A stretch of DNA of 64,000 nucleotides, from positions 434,001 through 498,000 of the forward strand of contig NIVC01000543.1 in NCBI GenBank assembly GCA_002269645.1, read 5' to 3'. How positions within the stretch are numbered: the first letter of the stretch is position 1; each line of letters starts with the position of its first letter. The translations under genes were made by a program, and so were the position numbers. A model generated the notes under the pieces. That model was not told the origin of the DNA, did not search any database, and was given only the letters and a program-made list of their open reading frames with translations. Origin of the DNA: Macrostomum lignano (taxonomy: Eukaryota). Positions 1 through 11,558 of this stretch are shown here, one piece after another.

Positions 1-335
1 TTAGGAGACTTAAGGGTGCCAGGTGTGTCAGGTGTGCCAGGTGTGCCACTTTAGGGTGCCAGTGTGCCACTTTAGGGTGCCAGGTGTGCCACTTTAAGGT
101 GCCAGGTGCGCCACTTTAGGGTGCCAGGTGCGCCACTTTAGGGTGCCAGGTGCGCCACTTTAGGGTGCCAGGTGCGCCACTTTAGGGTGCCAGGTGCGCC
201 ACTTTAGGGTGCCAGGTGCGCCACTTTAGGGTGCCAGGTGCGCCACTTTAGGGTGCCAGGTGTGCCACTTTAGGGTGCCAGGTGTGCCACTTTAGGGTGC
301 CAGGTGCGCCACTTTAGGGTGCCAGCTGCGCCAAA
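1..335. repeat. 22-bp minisatellite (gtgccaggtgcgccactttagg), NAGS intron 2
   Basis: Direct tandem copies. Confidence 0.9.
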
Positions 336-384
336 TCACACTCCTTGAAGCGCTATTCAAGATCCTCTTTCAGCCCAAACTCAC

Positions 385-1874
385 TGCAATCTTGTCCAGG
401 TAGGGCACCCGAACGTTTGGCAGTCGCAGAACCACCGCGGCGGCACTGTAGCTCTCGCTGAAGTACACGGACTCGACCAGGCCCTCCGCCCGGGTGTACC
501 AGTCTTCGCGCAGCGTCTTCCCGAACGCCCGGTTGAACAGTGCGGACATGGCCGGCCGGGAGACGCTTTTCAGCGTGCACTGCTGGATGATTTTCTCGCT
601 GGTGCGGACCATCGTGCCGGAGCCGTGGTGGGTGAACAGCTCCTGCACCACGCAGCCCGCGCTGGTGAGCACCACGTGGCTCTCGCTGGACAGGTTGCCT
701 AACAGCTCGGCCGAGGTCAGCAGCTGGCGACGTTGCTCAGCGTTCAGGTGACTTCTCGGGCCGGTGAGCGGGGCCAGGTCACCTGCGGATGAAGCAGAGA
801 GCAGGAAGAATTAACAAACAAATAATCAAATACTGACTGACTAACTGACTAACTGACTAACTAACTAACTGACCGACTAACTACTTCGGGTGTGTCATAA
901 GTAATGTCACTGATGTGAAAACAGACGAACTTGCAATCGCAGATGAACAAAACTGTACCACTCAACAACATAGAGTCCCCCAATATCAATCACCCTCTGG
1001 CAGTGCTCATACAGCTTGTCCACCTCAGCCTGCAGGTGTTTTTCCTCCAACTGCCATAACCAGTGCAACGCAGCCTGTTTTACCTCTTCATGGTTTGCGA
1101 AACTCTTCTTGGAAAAGTCAGCCTTCAGCCATTTGAACAGGAATCTCTTGCAAAAGTTGAAGTCTGGGCTGTAGGGACTGTCAGAGCATATTCACTTGCC
1201 GTGCAGGCAGAAAATTCGAAACAGCCTTCAGGTGTGCAGCCGTGCGGTGTCCATCTGCCACAGAACCTCGTCCAGGTGACATGGATTTGACCGGAGAGTG
1301 CACCAGAGGTCCCCAGTGTGCCGGAAAAAGTCGATAAAGTACTGGCCATCGACCTTGGTGTTCGGTGGAGTTGTGCAGATGGAGACTCGTTTGTTTGGCG
1401 TGAAGGCTACCAGCAGCATGGTCTTCTTGTCCGAGATGGACTTCCTGGTCACCATCGGCCTGAAGTCCCCAGCTCCCAACCAGCAGCGATTATCTGCCTT
1501 GCTGTCCTTGCCATCCAGGTGGAGCCAGCTTTCATCCTCAGCGACCAGGCAGTTTAGGATGTCATTCAAGCCCTGGCTGCTAAACACCTTGCGGATCTGC
1601 TTGGTGCAGGCGTCATGTCGAGATTCATGATGATTTTTGTTCGCTGCATAGACGATTTTTCATCGCGTTGCACTTGCTAAATCTGCTTGGCGTATTCTTG
1701 CGATAGCTTGGGCCATAAACAACCTTTGCACGTCTCAAATGCACTGCTATTGCTTCACTAAGTATACTTTGCAGCTACACTACCCACAAGTCCATGTGCC
1801 TACATATTTTAGACAGAGGCCTGCAGTGACATTACTTATGACACACCCGAAGTAACTGACTAACTAACTAAGTG

Positions 1875-1933
<59 letters not shown>

Positions 1934-1962
1934 CACTAACTAACTAACTAACTAACTAACTC

Positions 1963-2052
<90 letters not shown>

Positions 2053-4175
2053 ACCCTAAAATTAGATTTCTCGGTAGTTGCGCGCTCTCTTTTGCACTAC
2101 TTAAGTAGTCTGATTTTCGATCGGCATGGCTGGTTCCAGCAGGTAGTTCCTCTGGATAAAAGCGCTTACCGCGCCCATTGGCTTTCCAGCTGCCTTAATC
2201 GTTTCCGGTGATCTTGTGTGCGTGCATTCAGCTTGATTGGCTGCGGCAAGTAAGCTCGAAAGAGCTCGCTTCGCTCGCTCTTTCTCGCTATCTACTAACT
2301 AACTGACTGACTGACTGACTGACTGACTGACTGACTGACTGACTGACTGACTGACTGACTGACTGACTGACTGACTGACTGACTGACTGACTGACTGACT
2401 GACTGACTGACTGACTGACTGACTGACTGACTGACTGACTGACTGACTGACTGACTGACTGACTGACTGACTGACTGACTGACTGACTGACTGACTGACT
2501 GACTGACTGACTGACTGACTGACTGACTGACTGACTGACTGACTGACTGACTGACTGACTGACTGACTGACTGACTGACTGACTGACTGACTGACTGACT
2601 GACTGACTGACTGACTGACTGACTGACTGACTGACTGACTGACTGACTGACTGACTGACTGACTGACTGACTGACTGACTGACTGACTGACTGACTGACT
2701 GACTGACTGACTGACTGACTGACTGACTGACTGACTGACTGACTGACTGACTGACTGACTGACTGACTGACTGACTGACTGACTGACTGACTGACTGACT
2801 GACTGACTGACTGACTGACTGACTGACTGACTGACTGACTGACTGACTGACTGACTGACTGACTGACTGACTGACTGACTGACTGACTGACTGACTGACT
2901 GACTGACTGACTGACTGACTGACTGACTGACTGACTGACTGACTGACTGACTGACTGACTGACTGACTGACTGACTGACTGACTGACTGACTGACTGACT
3001 GACTGACTGACTGACTGACTGACTGACTGACTGACTGACTGACTGACTGACTGACTGACTGACTGACTGACTGACTGACTGACTGACTGACTGACTGACT
3101 GACTGACTGACTGACTGACTGACTGACTGACTGACTGACTGACTGACTGACTGACTGACTGACTGACTGACTGACTGACTGACTGACTGACTGACTGACT
3201 GACTGACTGACTGACTGACTGACTGACTGACTGACTGACTGACTGACTGACTGACTGACTGACTGACTGACTGACTGACTGACTGACTGACTGACTGACT
3301 GACTGACTGACTGACTGACTGACTGACTGACTGACTGACTGACTGACTGACTGACTGACTGACTGACTGACTGACTAAATAAACAACTAAGTGACTCATT
3401 GTGCACAGCAGGTTCTGGTCAAGCACTCACTGGGCAGCACCACATCACTCATGACGCGGCCTTTCGGGTCCGGCAGGCCAGGCTGCCCGCTCAGCAGCAG
3501 CACCTTCAGCGGGCGGAGGACTTCGCACAGGCGCATCAGAGCGGAGTCGACCACCGCGGCTGAGGCAGCCTCGTCGCCGGCGTCGGAGGCGAGCACCGGG
3601 CAGCAGACGATGGGCACGCAGACCTGCGATAGGGACAGCAGGTCCGCACCTTGCTGCCCGGACACCGAGTCCTCCGACAGGCCGCTCATCAGCAGCACCT
3701 TCGAGGGAACTCCGTGCCTGAGCAGCAGCTGGCCGAGCAGCTCCGCTCGCTGCCAGTCCTCGTCGCCGGACATGCGGCAGATGAGCGCGGACACCAGCCC
3801 GTGCTCGAACAGGAAGGCGGTGGACCAGGCCAGCCGGCGCAGCTCGCGCGTATCGGCGAAGACGTCAGGCGACAGGCGCATCACGGCGAAGGCTCTGCCG
3901 GGCGATTTCGCCGAGAAGTACTTGAAGTACTTCAGCCAGAGCCGGGCCTCCTTGGGCTTGCGGGTGATGTTCTCCACGAATTTGCGGAGGCCGGCCGTTC
4001 CTACCAGACGCTCCGGGCTGCCGGCTGCGGACTCCGGCGCGGCGGCGATGACGGGGATCTCCGGGCTGGTCAGGCGGGTCCAGGGCGAGCTGTTGCCGCT
4101 GAACAGGTAGGAGGAGAGGCACCTGCAGAACAGCGGCCGGCTGCTCAAGGATGCCGCTGCATTTCTAAGTAGCAT
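385..4175 (-). CDS. NAGS: N-acetylglutamate synthase (vertebrate-like, mitochondrial); exons 3431-4175 and 385-782; further 3' exon(s) lie beyond the window start
   Basis: ATG at 4175 with a presequence-like N-terminus (MLLRNAAASLSSRPLFCR). Motifs LRPLKVLLLSGQPGL..DVVLPSDL, ELFTHHGSGT, FNRAFGKTLREDW, YFSESYSAAAVV and PYLDK match NAGS. GT-AG sites (CCCA|gtgagt, ccgcag|GT, GCA|gtgagt) keep the frame. Confidence 0.9.
884..1852 (-). mobile_element. Decayed non-autonomous Tc1/mariner element (969 bp) with fragments of a mariner transposase catalytic domain
   Basis: Perfect 29-bp TIRs (884-912 and 1824-1852, cttcgggtgtgtcataagtaatgtcactg) flanked by TA. Minus-strand fragments VAEDESW, WQMDTARLH, SPYSPDFNFCKRFLF and CQRVIDIGGLYV are broken by stops and frameshifts; no N-terminal HTH region recognised. 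Confidence 0.92.
1853..2052. repeat. (TAAC)n microsatellite, continuing at ~830-883 on the other side of the mariner
   Basis: Direct observation. Confidence 0.9.
2296..3376. repeat. ~1.1 kb nearly pure (GACT)n microsatellite
   Basis: Direct observation. Confidence 0.97.
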
Positions 4176-4669
4176 TATTGCTTTAGTTTGTTAGGATTGC
4201 TGTTGCTCAGTGCTTGTCGAGTCCCTACTCACTGCTGACTGTAGGGGGGCTCAAGTTAATATAGGCAGTGTATAATTAGTTCTGCTGGTCTGCCCTCTGC
4301 TTAGTTGAACAATGAAGCGAAGACGCTTCTGGAAATTTCTTCCACTTTTCTGAGACTCAGTCATGGGGAATTACCGGGTCACTCAGAGCTGAGCTGCAGC
4401 CAATTAGTCTATACCCTTGGTTGCTGTTTCTGCTGTCTTTTTATCGGGGGGGGGGGGGGTGACCACCCCTCAGAGGCTTCATTGTTTTAAAATTGGCAGC
4501 TAGCGTTCTGACTCGGTCAGCGTGTGGTCACGCAGCTCCGCGTGGTTACGATAGTGCGAATTAGCGAGGCTAATATGGCAGTCATACTCAATGCGTGACG
4601 CATGGACTTCTCAGAAGCGAAAAAGCACTTGTTGACGCAACGGAGTTTAAGGGAATTCTATTATGGGAT

Positions 4670-4940
4670 CTTCGGGATGCTCAGGGTGATTCTCAATTGA
4701 GCTTCAGGGATGCTCAGGGTGATTCTCAATTGAGCTTCAGGGATGCTCAGGGTGATTCTCAATTGAGCTTCAGGGATGCTCAGGGTGATTCTCAATTGAG
4801 CTTCAGGGATGCTCAGGGTAATTCTCAATTGAGCTTCAGGGATGCTCAGGGTGATTCTCAATTGAGCTTCAGGGATGCTCAGGGTAATTCTCAATTGAGC
4901 TTCAGGGATGCTCAGGGTGATTCTCAATTGAGCTTCAGGG
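4670..4940. repeat. 33-bp minisatellite (~8 units) upstream of NAGS
   Basis: Unit gcttcagggatgctcagggtgattctcaattga. Confidence 0.92.
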
Positions 4941-5204
4941 AATACCTAAGGTGATTTTTGAGTTTAGGTGATTATATAAGCTTACTTGAGAATGGTTCCC
5001 CAGTTAGGGTAAAAAACTGCTAAATGAGACAAGGAATTTATTTATTCACCTTGCAGTAAATGGCTTGCCAGTGGCCCAGCAACCAATATAAAAACCGTGC
5101 ACTCAACGCGCAAGAAGCACTGTACTGTTATTTAGCAGCAAATTTGCTAGCAGCACTGACGCCAGCAACAGTCTGTAACCCGCTAGCAACTGGAATGAGC
5201 CAAC

Positions 5205-5438
5205 ATGAGCACAGAGGAGCCCAATAAACGGAAGCCGGAAATAGAGGAACCTCAAGCGACTCAACCGAACGCGGCATCGCTGCAGTCAATGGAAGACCAG
5301 CTGGACAAAGACCTGAGCAACCTGTGCCGGTTCGGACTGGATCTGGAGCCGGATTATCTGCTTCTAACTGACGAGTCTAAAGCTGAGGACAAGCGAGTGG
5401 TTGAGTCGCTGCTCACTGGAAGCTACTCGGTCGAGTAG
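5205..5438 (+). CDS. Hypothetical 77-aa acidic protein, single exon
   Basis: ATG in good context (gccaacATGA), GC-rich ORF against AT-rich 3' flank, AATAAA near 5650. No family recognised. Confidence 0.5.
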   Translation: MSTEEPNKRKPEIEEPQATQPNAASLQSMEDQLDKDLSNLCRFGLDLEPDYLLLTDESKAEDKRVVESLLTGSYSVE

Positions 5439-5734
5439 CCGAATTTAACTGACAAAATTAATTCGATCAAAGAAGTACGAAACTTGCTTTTTAAAGACAA
5501 AGTAGTAAGCAACATTATTGCTGATTTAGTCATTTTATTAGTTAAAAATAAGTAATTACAGATTGGATAAAATGCTGCATTGAGCTCAAGTTTGAATTGT
5601 TTAATGCCATCCATCATTTGAAGCGAAAGTCGACGCGGAATATTAAAATAAAAATAAACAATTTTCTAAGAAATGGAACGAGATCGCTTCTAGAATTAAA
5701 TTACTTAACGAAGATGCAATGACAGCTCAGCATG

Positions 5735-6140
5735 CTTTCTTAGAAATGGCCAGTGTTGGTTTCTTAGAATGGCCAGGGGTGGTTTCTTAGAATGGCCAGT
5801 GTTGGTTTCTTAGATTGGCCAGGGCCCAGGGGTGATTTCTTAGATTGGCCAGGGCCCAGGGGTGATTTCTTAGAGTGGCCAGGGGTAGTTTCTTTGAATG
5901 GCCCTCTTTGCATTGGTTTCTTAAAATTCCCAGGGTGGTATCTTAGAATGGCTAGGGGTGGTTTCTTAGAATGGCCAAGAGTTGGTTTCTTGGAATAGCC
6001 AGGGGTGGTTTCTTGGAATGGCCAGGGTGGTTTCTTAGAATGGCCAGGGGTGACTTCTTAGAATTGCCATGAGTTGGTTTCTTGGAATGGCCAGGGGTGG
6101 TTTCTCGGAATGGCCAGGGGTGGCATTTTAGAATGACCAG
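5735..6140. repeat. Degenerate ~23-bp repeat containing TTCTTAGAA, downstream of XPF
   Basis: ttcttagaatggccaggggtggt-like units. Confidence 0.8.
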
Positions 6141-6231
6141 GAGCTGACCTCTTAGAAAGGCGAAATGATTTCAGATTGTATTGACAGAGCCATCTTCACA
6201 GCATAGCAAAGCTTCCTAGAAAGCGAAACCG

Positions 6232-9200
6232 TCAGTTCCTCCTGGCGGTCGGCAGTTTGGCGGCCAGCGCCAGTTTCGGCCGCCTGGCGCCTCCCCGCCC
6301 AGCAGCGGCGCCGCCCGCCAGGCGCCGGCCGTCGGTGCGCAGAAATTCGTGCAGCCGGTCGGCGGCCTCCCGCTGCCCGAGGGCCTCCCGCAGCTCGCCG
6401 ACGCCCAGCCGGCACAGACCGGCGAAGCTGCCGCCGGCCGCTTTGATGAGGCCGCGCAGACTCCGGTGGGTGACGCCGGGCATTCGCAGCAGCATGCTCC
6501 GCGCCACGTGACGCAGCGTCGCCGCCGAGGCCGCCGGCGTCAACGAAGTCGACGAAGAAGCCTCGCTGTCGTCGACGTCGTTGTAGGATTCGACGGCGGT
6601 GGCGGCCGAGACTGAGGGCAGCAGCTGCAGCTGCGGCTGCGGGCGGCCCCGCTTGAGGTCGTGGAACAGCTCGGCGCTGGCGTGGGGCGCGGGGCTCCAC
6701 AGGATGCGCAGCTGGGGGAAGTGCAGGGTGAGCAGGCTCAGGCGGGAGATCGTGTCCGAGGAGTTCAGTTCCGAGCTCATGGCGGCCCGGCCGTGGTAAA
6801 GGGCGAAGCCGGTGCGCTCGGCGTCGAATTCGATGAGCAGCACCGGAGTGCGGTAGTGCTGAGTCATGTTCACCACCTGGCGGGGTGAGGTCATTGATGA
6901 CAGGGTGTGAGGTCATTGATGACAGGGTGTGAGGTCATTGATAACTGGGTGTGAAGTCATTGATGACAGGGTGTGAGGTCATTGATGACAGGGTGTGAGA
7001 TGAGGTCATTTGATGACTGGGTGTGAGATGAGGTCATTTGATGACTGGGTGTGAGATGAGGTCATTTGATGACTGGGTGTGAGATGAGGTCATTTGATGA
7101 CTGGGTGTGAGATGAGGTCATTTGATGACTGGGTGTGAGATGAGGTCATTTGATGACTGGGTGTGAGATGAGGTCATTTGATGACTGGGTGTGAGATGAG
7201 GTCATTTGATGACTGGGTGTGAGATGAGGTCATTTGATGACTGGGTGTGAGATGAGGTCATTTGATGACTGGGTGTGAGATGAGGTCATTTGATGACTGG
7301 GTGTGAGATGAGGTCATTTGATGACTGGGTGTGAGATGAGGTCATTTGATGACTGGGTGTGAGATGAGGTCATTTGATGACTGGGTGTGAGATGAGGTCA
7401 TTTGATGACTGGGTGTGAGATGAGGTCATTTGATGACTGGGTGTGAGATGAGGTCATTTGATGACTGGGTGAGGCCATTCCCAATGCGCCCGTGCAGCCC
7501 CGCTCACCTGGTTGTACAGTCGCCCGCTATTAAGCGAGCCAATCAGATCGCTCACGGATTTCCGTTCGACGCAGATGTCGGGCGTCAGCACGTAGTCGCC
7601 GACGTCGATGGTCACCGGCAGGATGGTGATGCCGCGCCTGTGCAGCAGGCAGGGCAGCTCGCTGCGGAATTCGCGGACGTCCACGATCACCTGGGCGGGA
7701 AGTGGAGGCGGCTTGAGCTGGTAAATAATCCATTTTATCGATTGAAAGATACCCTTAAGGCTTAACTGTACGCCACAATACTTAATTATTAGGGGTCCAT
7801 GACATTTGAATGCCGACCTAAACAACCTAAACCCAAACCTAAACTCAAACTTAAACCTAAACTCAAAACTAAACGTAAACCCAAATCAAGTCTAAATTCA
7901 AACCTTATCACAAACCCAAACCCAAACCTAAACCCAGACCTAAACCTAAACCCAAACCTAAACTCAAACCTAAACCTAAACACAAAACTAAACCTAAACC
8001 CAAACCTAAACCCAAACCTAAACCTAAACTCAAACCTAAACCTAAACCTAAACTCAAACCTAAACCTAAACACAAAACTAAGCGTAAACCCAAACCAAGT
8101 CTAAATTCAAACCTTATCACAAACCCAAACCCAAACCCAAACCTAAACTTCAGACCTAAACCTAAACCCAAACCTAAAATCAAACCCAAACCTAAACCTA
8201 AACCCAGTATATCATATAATAATTTCAATAAATATCATATTGTACATGCGCAACACCCGGTTGACCCGGCCGGCTGGCAAGGGCCCCAGACAAGGTAAGT
8301 CGCAAAATGCCCACCAAAAAGGCGGAAAACTAATTAGATGACGAGGCAGTTTTCTTCAAAATAAGTTACTCTTGCCGTTCACCCAAAATTGCGTTACTTT
8401 TTGCTCTAAGGTTTCATTCACAGGTAAGAGTCGCATTTTTGGTCAAAAAGTAAGTCGCACGGCCAGTGGAAATCAGGGGGTTGCGCATGTATGAATAATT
8501 ATTATGCATTCCTAAACATCACCCGGCATCCAACCCTCCAACCATCCAACCTGATGCTGCTCGGCGGCGGCCGCGGCAATCCCATCGTCGGGTCCCGCCA
8601 GTTCCTCCACCGGCGCCAGGTCGCCCTTGACAACCGGCTCGCTCGTCACCACGGCAACGCTGCGCTCACGAATGAGAAACTCGAAGGCCTCCTTCTCCTT
8701 GCGCAGCTGGGTGAGGTAGCGCTGCTCCTCTACGCTGCCCTCGTACACGAAGAAGTACACCACTAGGGGGGCAGCGGCCCCGGCCCGGCTGCGGCACAGG
8801 CTGTGCACCTCCAGCTGCCTGACGCTGGTGGAGTCCGGGTCGTACAGCAGCACCCGGTGCGGCCGCCAGCAGTCCAGCAGCATCGGCAGCGCCTGCTGGT
8901 GCCCCACCGTGGAGTCCTGGCGGCGGGCGGCGCCGACCCCGCCGCTGCCACCAGCCTGGCGCCGCACGGCGAACATCGCGTGACGACAGTCGGACTGGCC
9001 GAACAGCCGCGCCGACGGGAATCGCCGCTTCAATTCGGACTCGTCCACAATTTCCGACGTGGGCTGGTCGACTTTGTCGACTGACTCGACGTCGTCGCCT
9101 TGCTGTTGTGGCTGATCATTGACGTCGCTCGCCGGCCGAATCATCTGAGTCAGGGTGAGCAGGTTCGGCTCTTTGCTCTTCTTCTTTGCCGCCGTTTTTC

Positions 9201-11322
9201 TTGACGACTTTTTCGACGCCGTCGAAGTCGTCGCCGTTGTCGTTGTTTCGACGGCATCTTCGTCGGCGGAGTCGGCGGCGGAGTTGGCATCCGCGGCGAA
9301 GGCCGCCTCGGCGCCCGAGGTGAGGAAGGCGAGCAGCTGGCGCTGAGTAGACGAGTCGTGCACGATGATGAGGGTGCGGAGCTGCTGCTGCTGGGCGGTG
9401 GGGCTGCAGGGCGAGCGGGGTGAAATTGAGATTGAGAAAGCTGCGCGAAAGTCAAGGACTACCCAAGTGGCACAAACCTCCTGCGTCTACTATAAACGGA
9501 TTTACTGTTTTTTCTGTAGAAAAAGTCCAGAAATCCAATAAACACAAATAAGTATTCAATTAACGCAAACATAAATGCGATAAACACAGAATTTGATACA
9601 CACAAACTAGCTAAATAAACCCATACAACTAGGTCAATTAACGCACAACTTAAATAAACGCAAACAGATAGTCAATAAACACAATCGCCAAATAAATAAA
9701 ACTCTAAAAACTCAATAAACGTAAATAAAAATTCACTAAACACAAAGAAGAGTCAATAAACACAAACAAAAATTCTATAAACACAAACACAAATTCAATA
9801 AACACAAAAATTCAATAAACACAAGAACCAACTCATCAGCGCCAGCAACCGGCCGCTGCTGGTCCAGCCGCTCACGCTCCACCTCCTGCAGGATGGCCCG
9901 GCACGACAGCCACTTCGGCGGCACCTCGTAGGAGGCCGGGCCGGAGCCCAGGCGGGCCTTGCTGGCGGCCAGCAGCCGGTCGGCCTCGGCCAGGAACAGC
10001 CAGCCGGAGTTGGCGCCGAAGGCCTTCTCGCTGCTGATCACCGAGGCCACTCGGCGGTGAAAGGCGGCCGGGTCCTCCTGGAGTTCATAATGCACTTCAT
10101 GAATATGAAAGGCTTTCTATGAGCGCTTCAGCTACTCGTGACTCGAGTGCCTGAAGGATTCATCGAGTGCCTGAAGGATTTATTGAGTGCCTGAAGGATT
10201 CATTGAGTGCCTGAAGGATTCATTGAGTGCCTGAAGGATTTATTGAGTGCCTGAAGGATTCATTGAGTGCCTGAAGGATGCATTGAGTACCTGAAGGATT
10301 CATTGAGTGCCTGAAGGATTTATTGAGTGCCTGAAGGATTCATTGAGTGCCTGAAGGATTTATTGAGTGCCTGAAGGATTCATTGAGTGCCTGAAGGATT
10401 CATTGAGTGCCTGAAGGATGCATTGAGTGCCTGAAGGATTCATTGAGTGCCTGAAGGATTTATTGAGTGCCTGAAGGATTTATTGAGTGCCTGAAGGATC
10501 TATTGAGTGCCTGAAGGATCTATTGAGTGCCTGAAGGATCTATTGAGTGCCTGAAGGATTCATTGAGTGCCTGAAGGATTTATTGAGTGCCTGAAGGATC
10601 TATTGAGTGCCTGAAGGATCTATTGAGTGCCTGAAGGATCTATTGAGTGCCTGAAGGATCTATTGAGTGCCTGAAGGATCTATTGAGTGCCTGAAGGATT
10701 CATTGAGTGCCTGAAGGATCTATTGAGTGCCTGAAGGATTCATTGAGTGCCTGAAGGATTTATTGAGTGCCTGAAGGATTTATTGAGTGCCTGAAGGATT
10801 CATTGAGTGCCTGAAGGTAGCTCTTCAGTAGCTCCATTAATGCTTCAGGCACTACATGAATATTTCAGGTGCTGTACCAATTCACTCACTCTGACTAATT
10901 CAAGCACTCTACAAACCTGAGTCAGCGCCAGCAGGAATCTCCGCAGAGTTCTGATGTCGGCCACCAGCTGCCGGCTCCGGTAGCTCATGCGGTGCCACAC
11001 CGGGTCCGTGTACGACCGCAACAGCTGGTCGAAGCCGCGAGTCAGCGCGTTCTCCACCGTCAGCTCGTTGGCGTCCAGCACGGGGGCGGAGCGAGCGAGC
11101 TCCTGCATGCAGGCCTTCAGCAGGTCCACCAGGGCCGACTGGCAGCGCAGCATCGGCTCCGTCAGGTTGACGCGAACCTCCTCCACCTGTGAAGATCGAG
11201 ACGACAGTTTGTCTGAGTGTCTTTCTCAGGCGTCTTTTATGTGTTTTTGTGCGTGTTAATTTATTTAATTTTATTTAATTTTCCCCTTCTTCTAGCTGGA
11301 CCTCTTAAGTTCTGTCTGTCCA

Positions 11323-11390
<68 letters not shown>

Positions 11391-11393
11391 TAG

Positions 11394-11430
<37 letters not shown>

Positions 11431-11493
11431 TAGTGTCTGTCTGTCTGTCTGTCTGTCTTAGTGTCTGTCTGTCTGTCTGTCTGTCTGTCTTAG

Positions 11494-11558
<65 letters not shown>

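Noticed and set aside
1-335. TTTAGGG-containing repeat as a telomere
   Set aside because: The heptamer occurs once per 22-bp unit and the array lies inside a NAGS intron.
2288-3426. 370-aa SQSV ORFs and the other long repeat ORFs (11.9-12.6, 14.5-16.6, 19.9-20.7, 31-33, 45-47, 50-52.7, 58.7-62.4 kb)
   Set aside because: These are stop-free translations of tandem repeats; those in genes fall inside introns defined by in-phase splice sites.
7815-8205. (AAACCT/AAACCC)n as an interstitial telomere
   Set aside because: It is a degenerate hexamer microsatellite in an intron, not TTAGGG, with no fusion signature.
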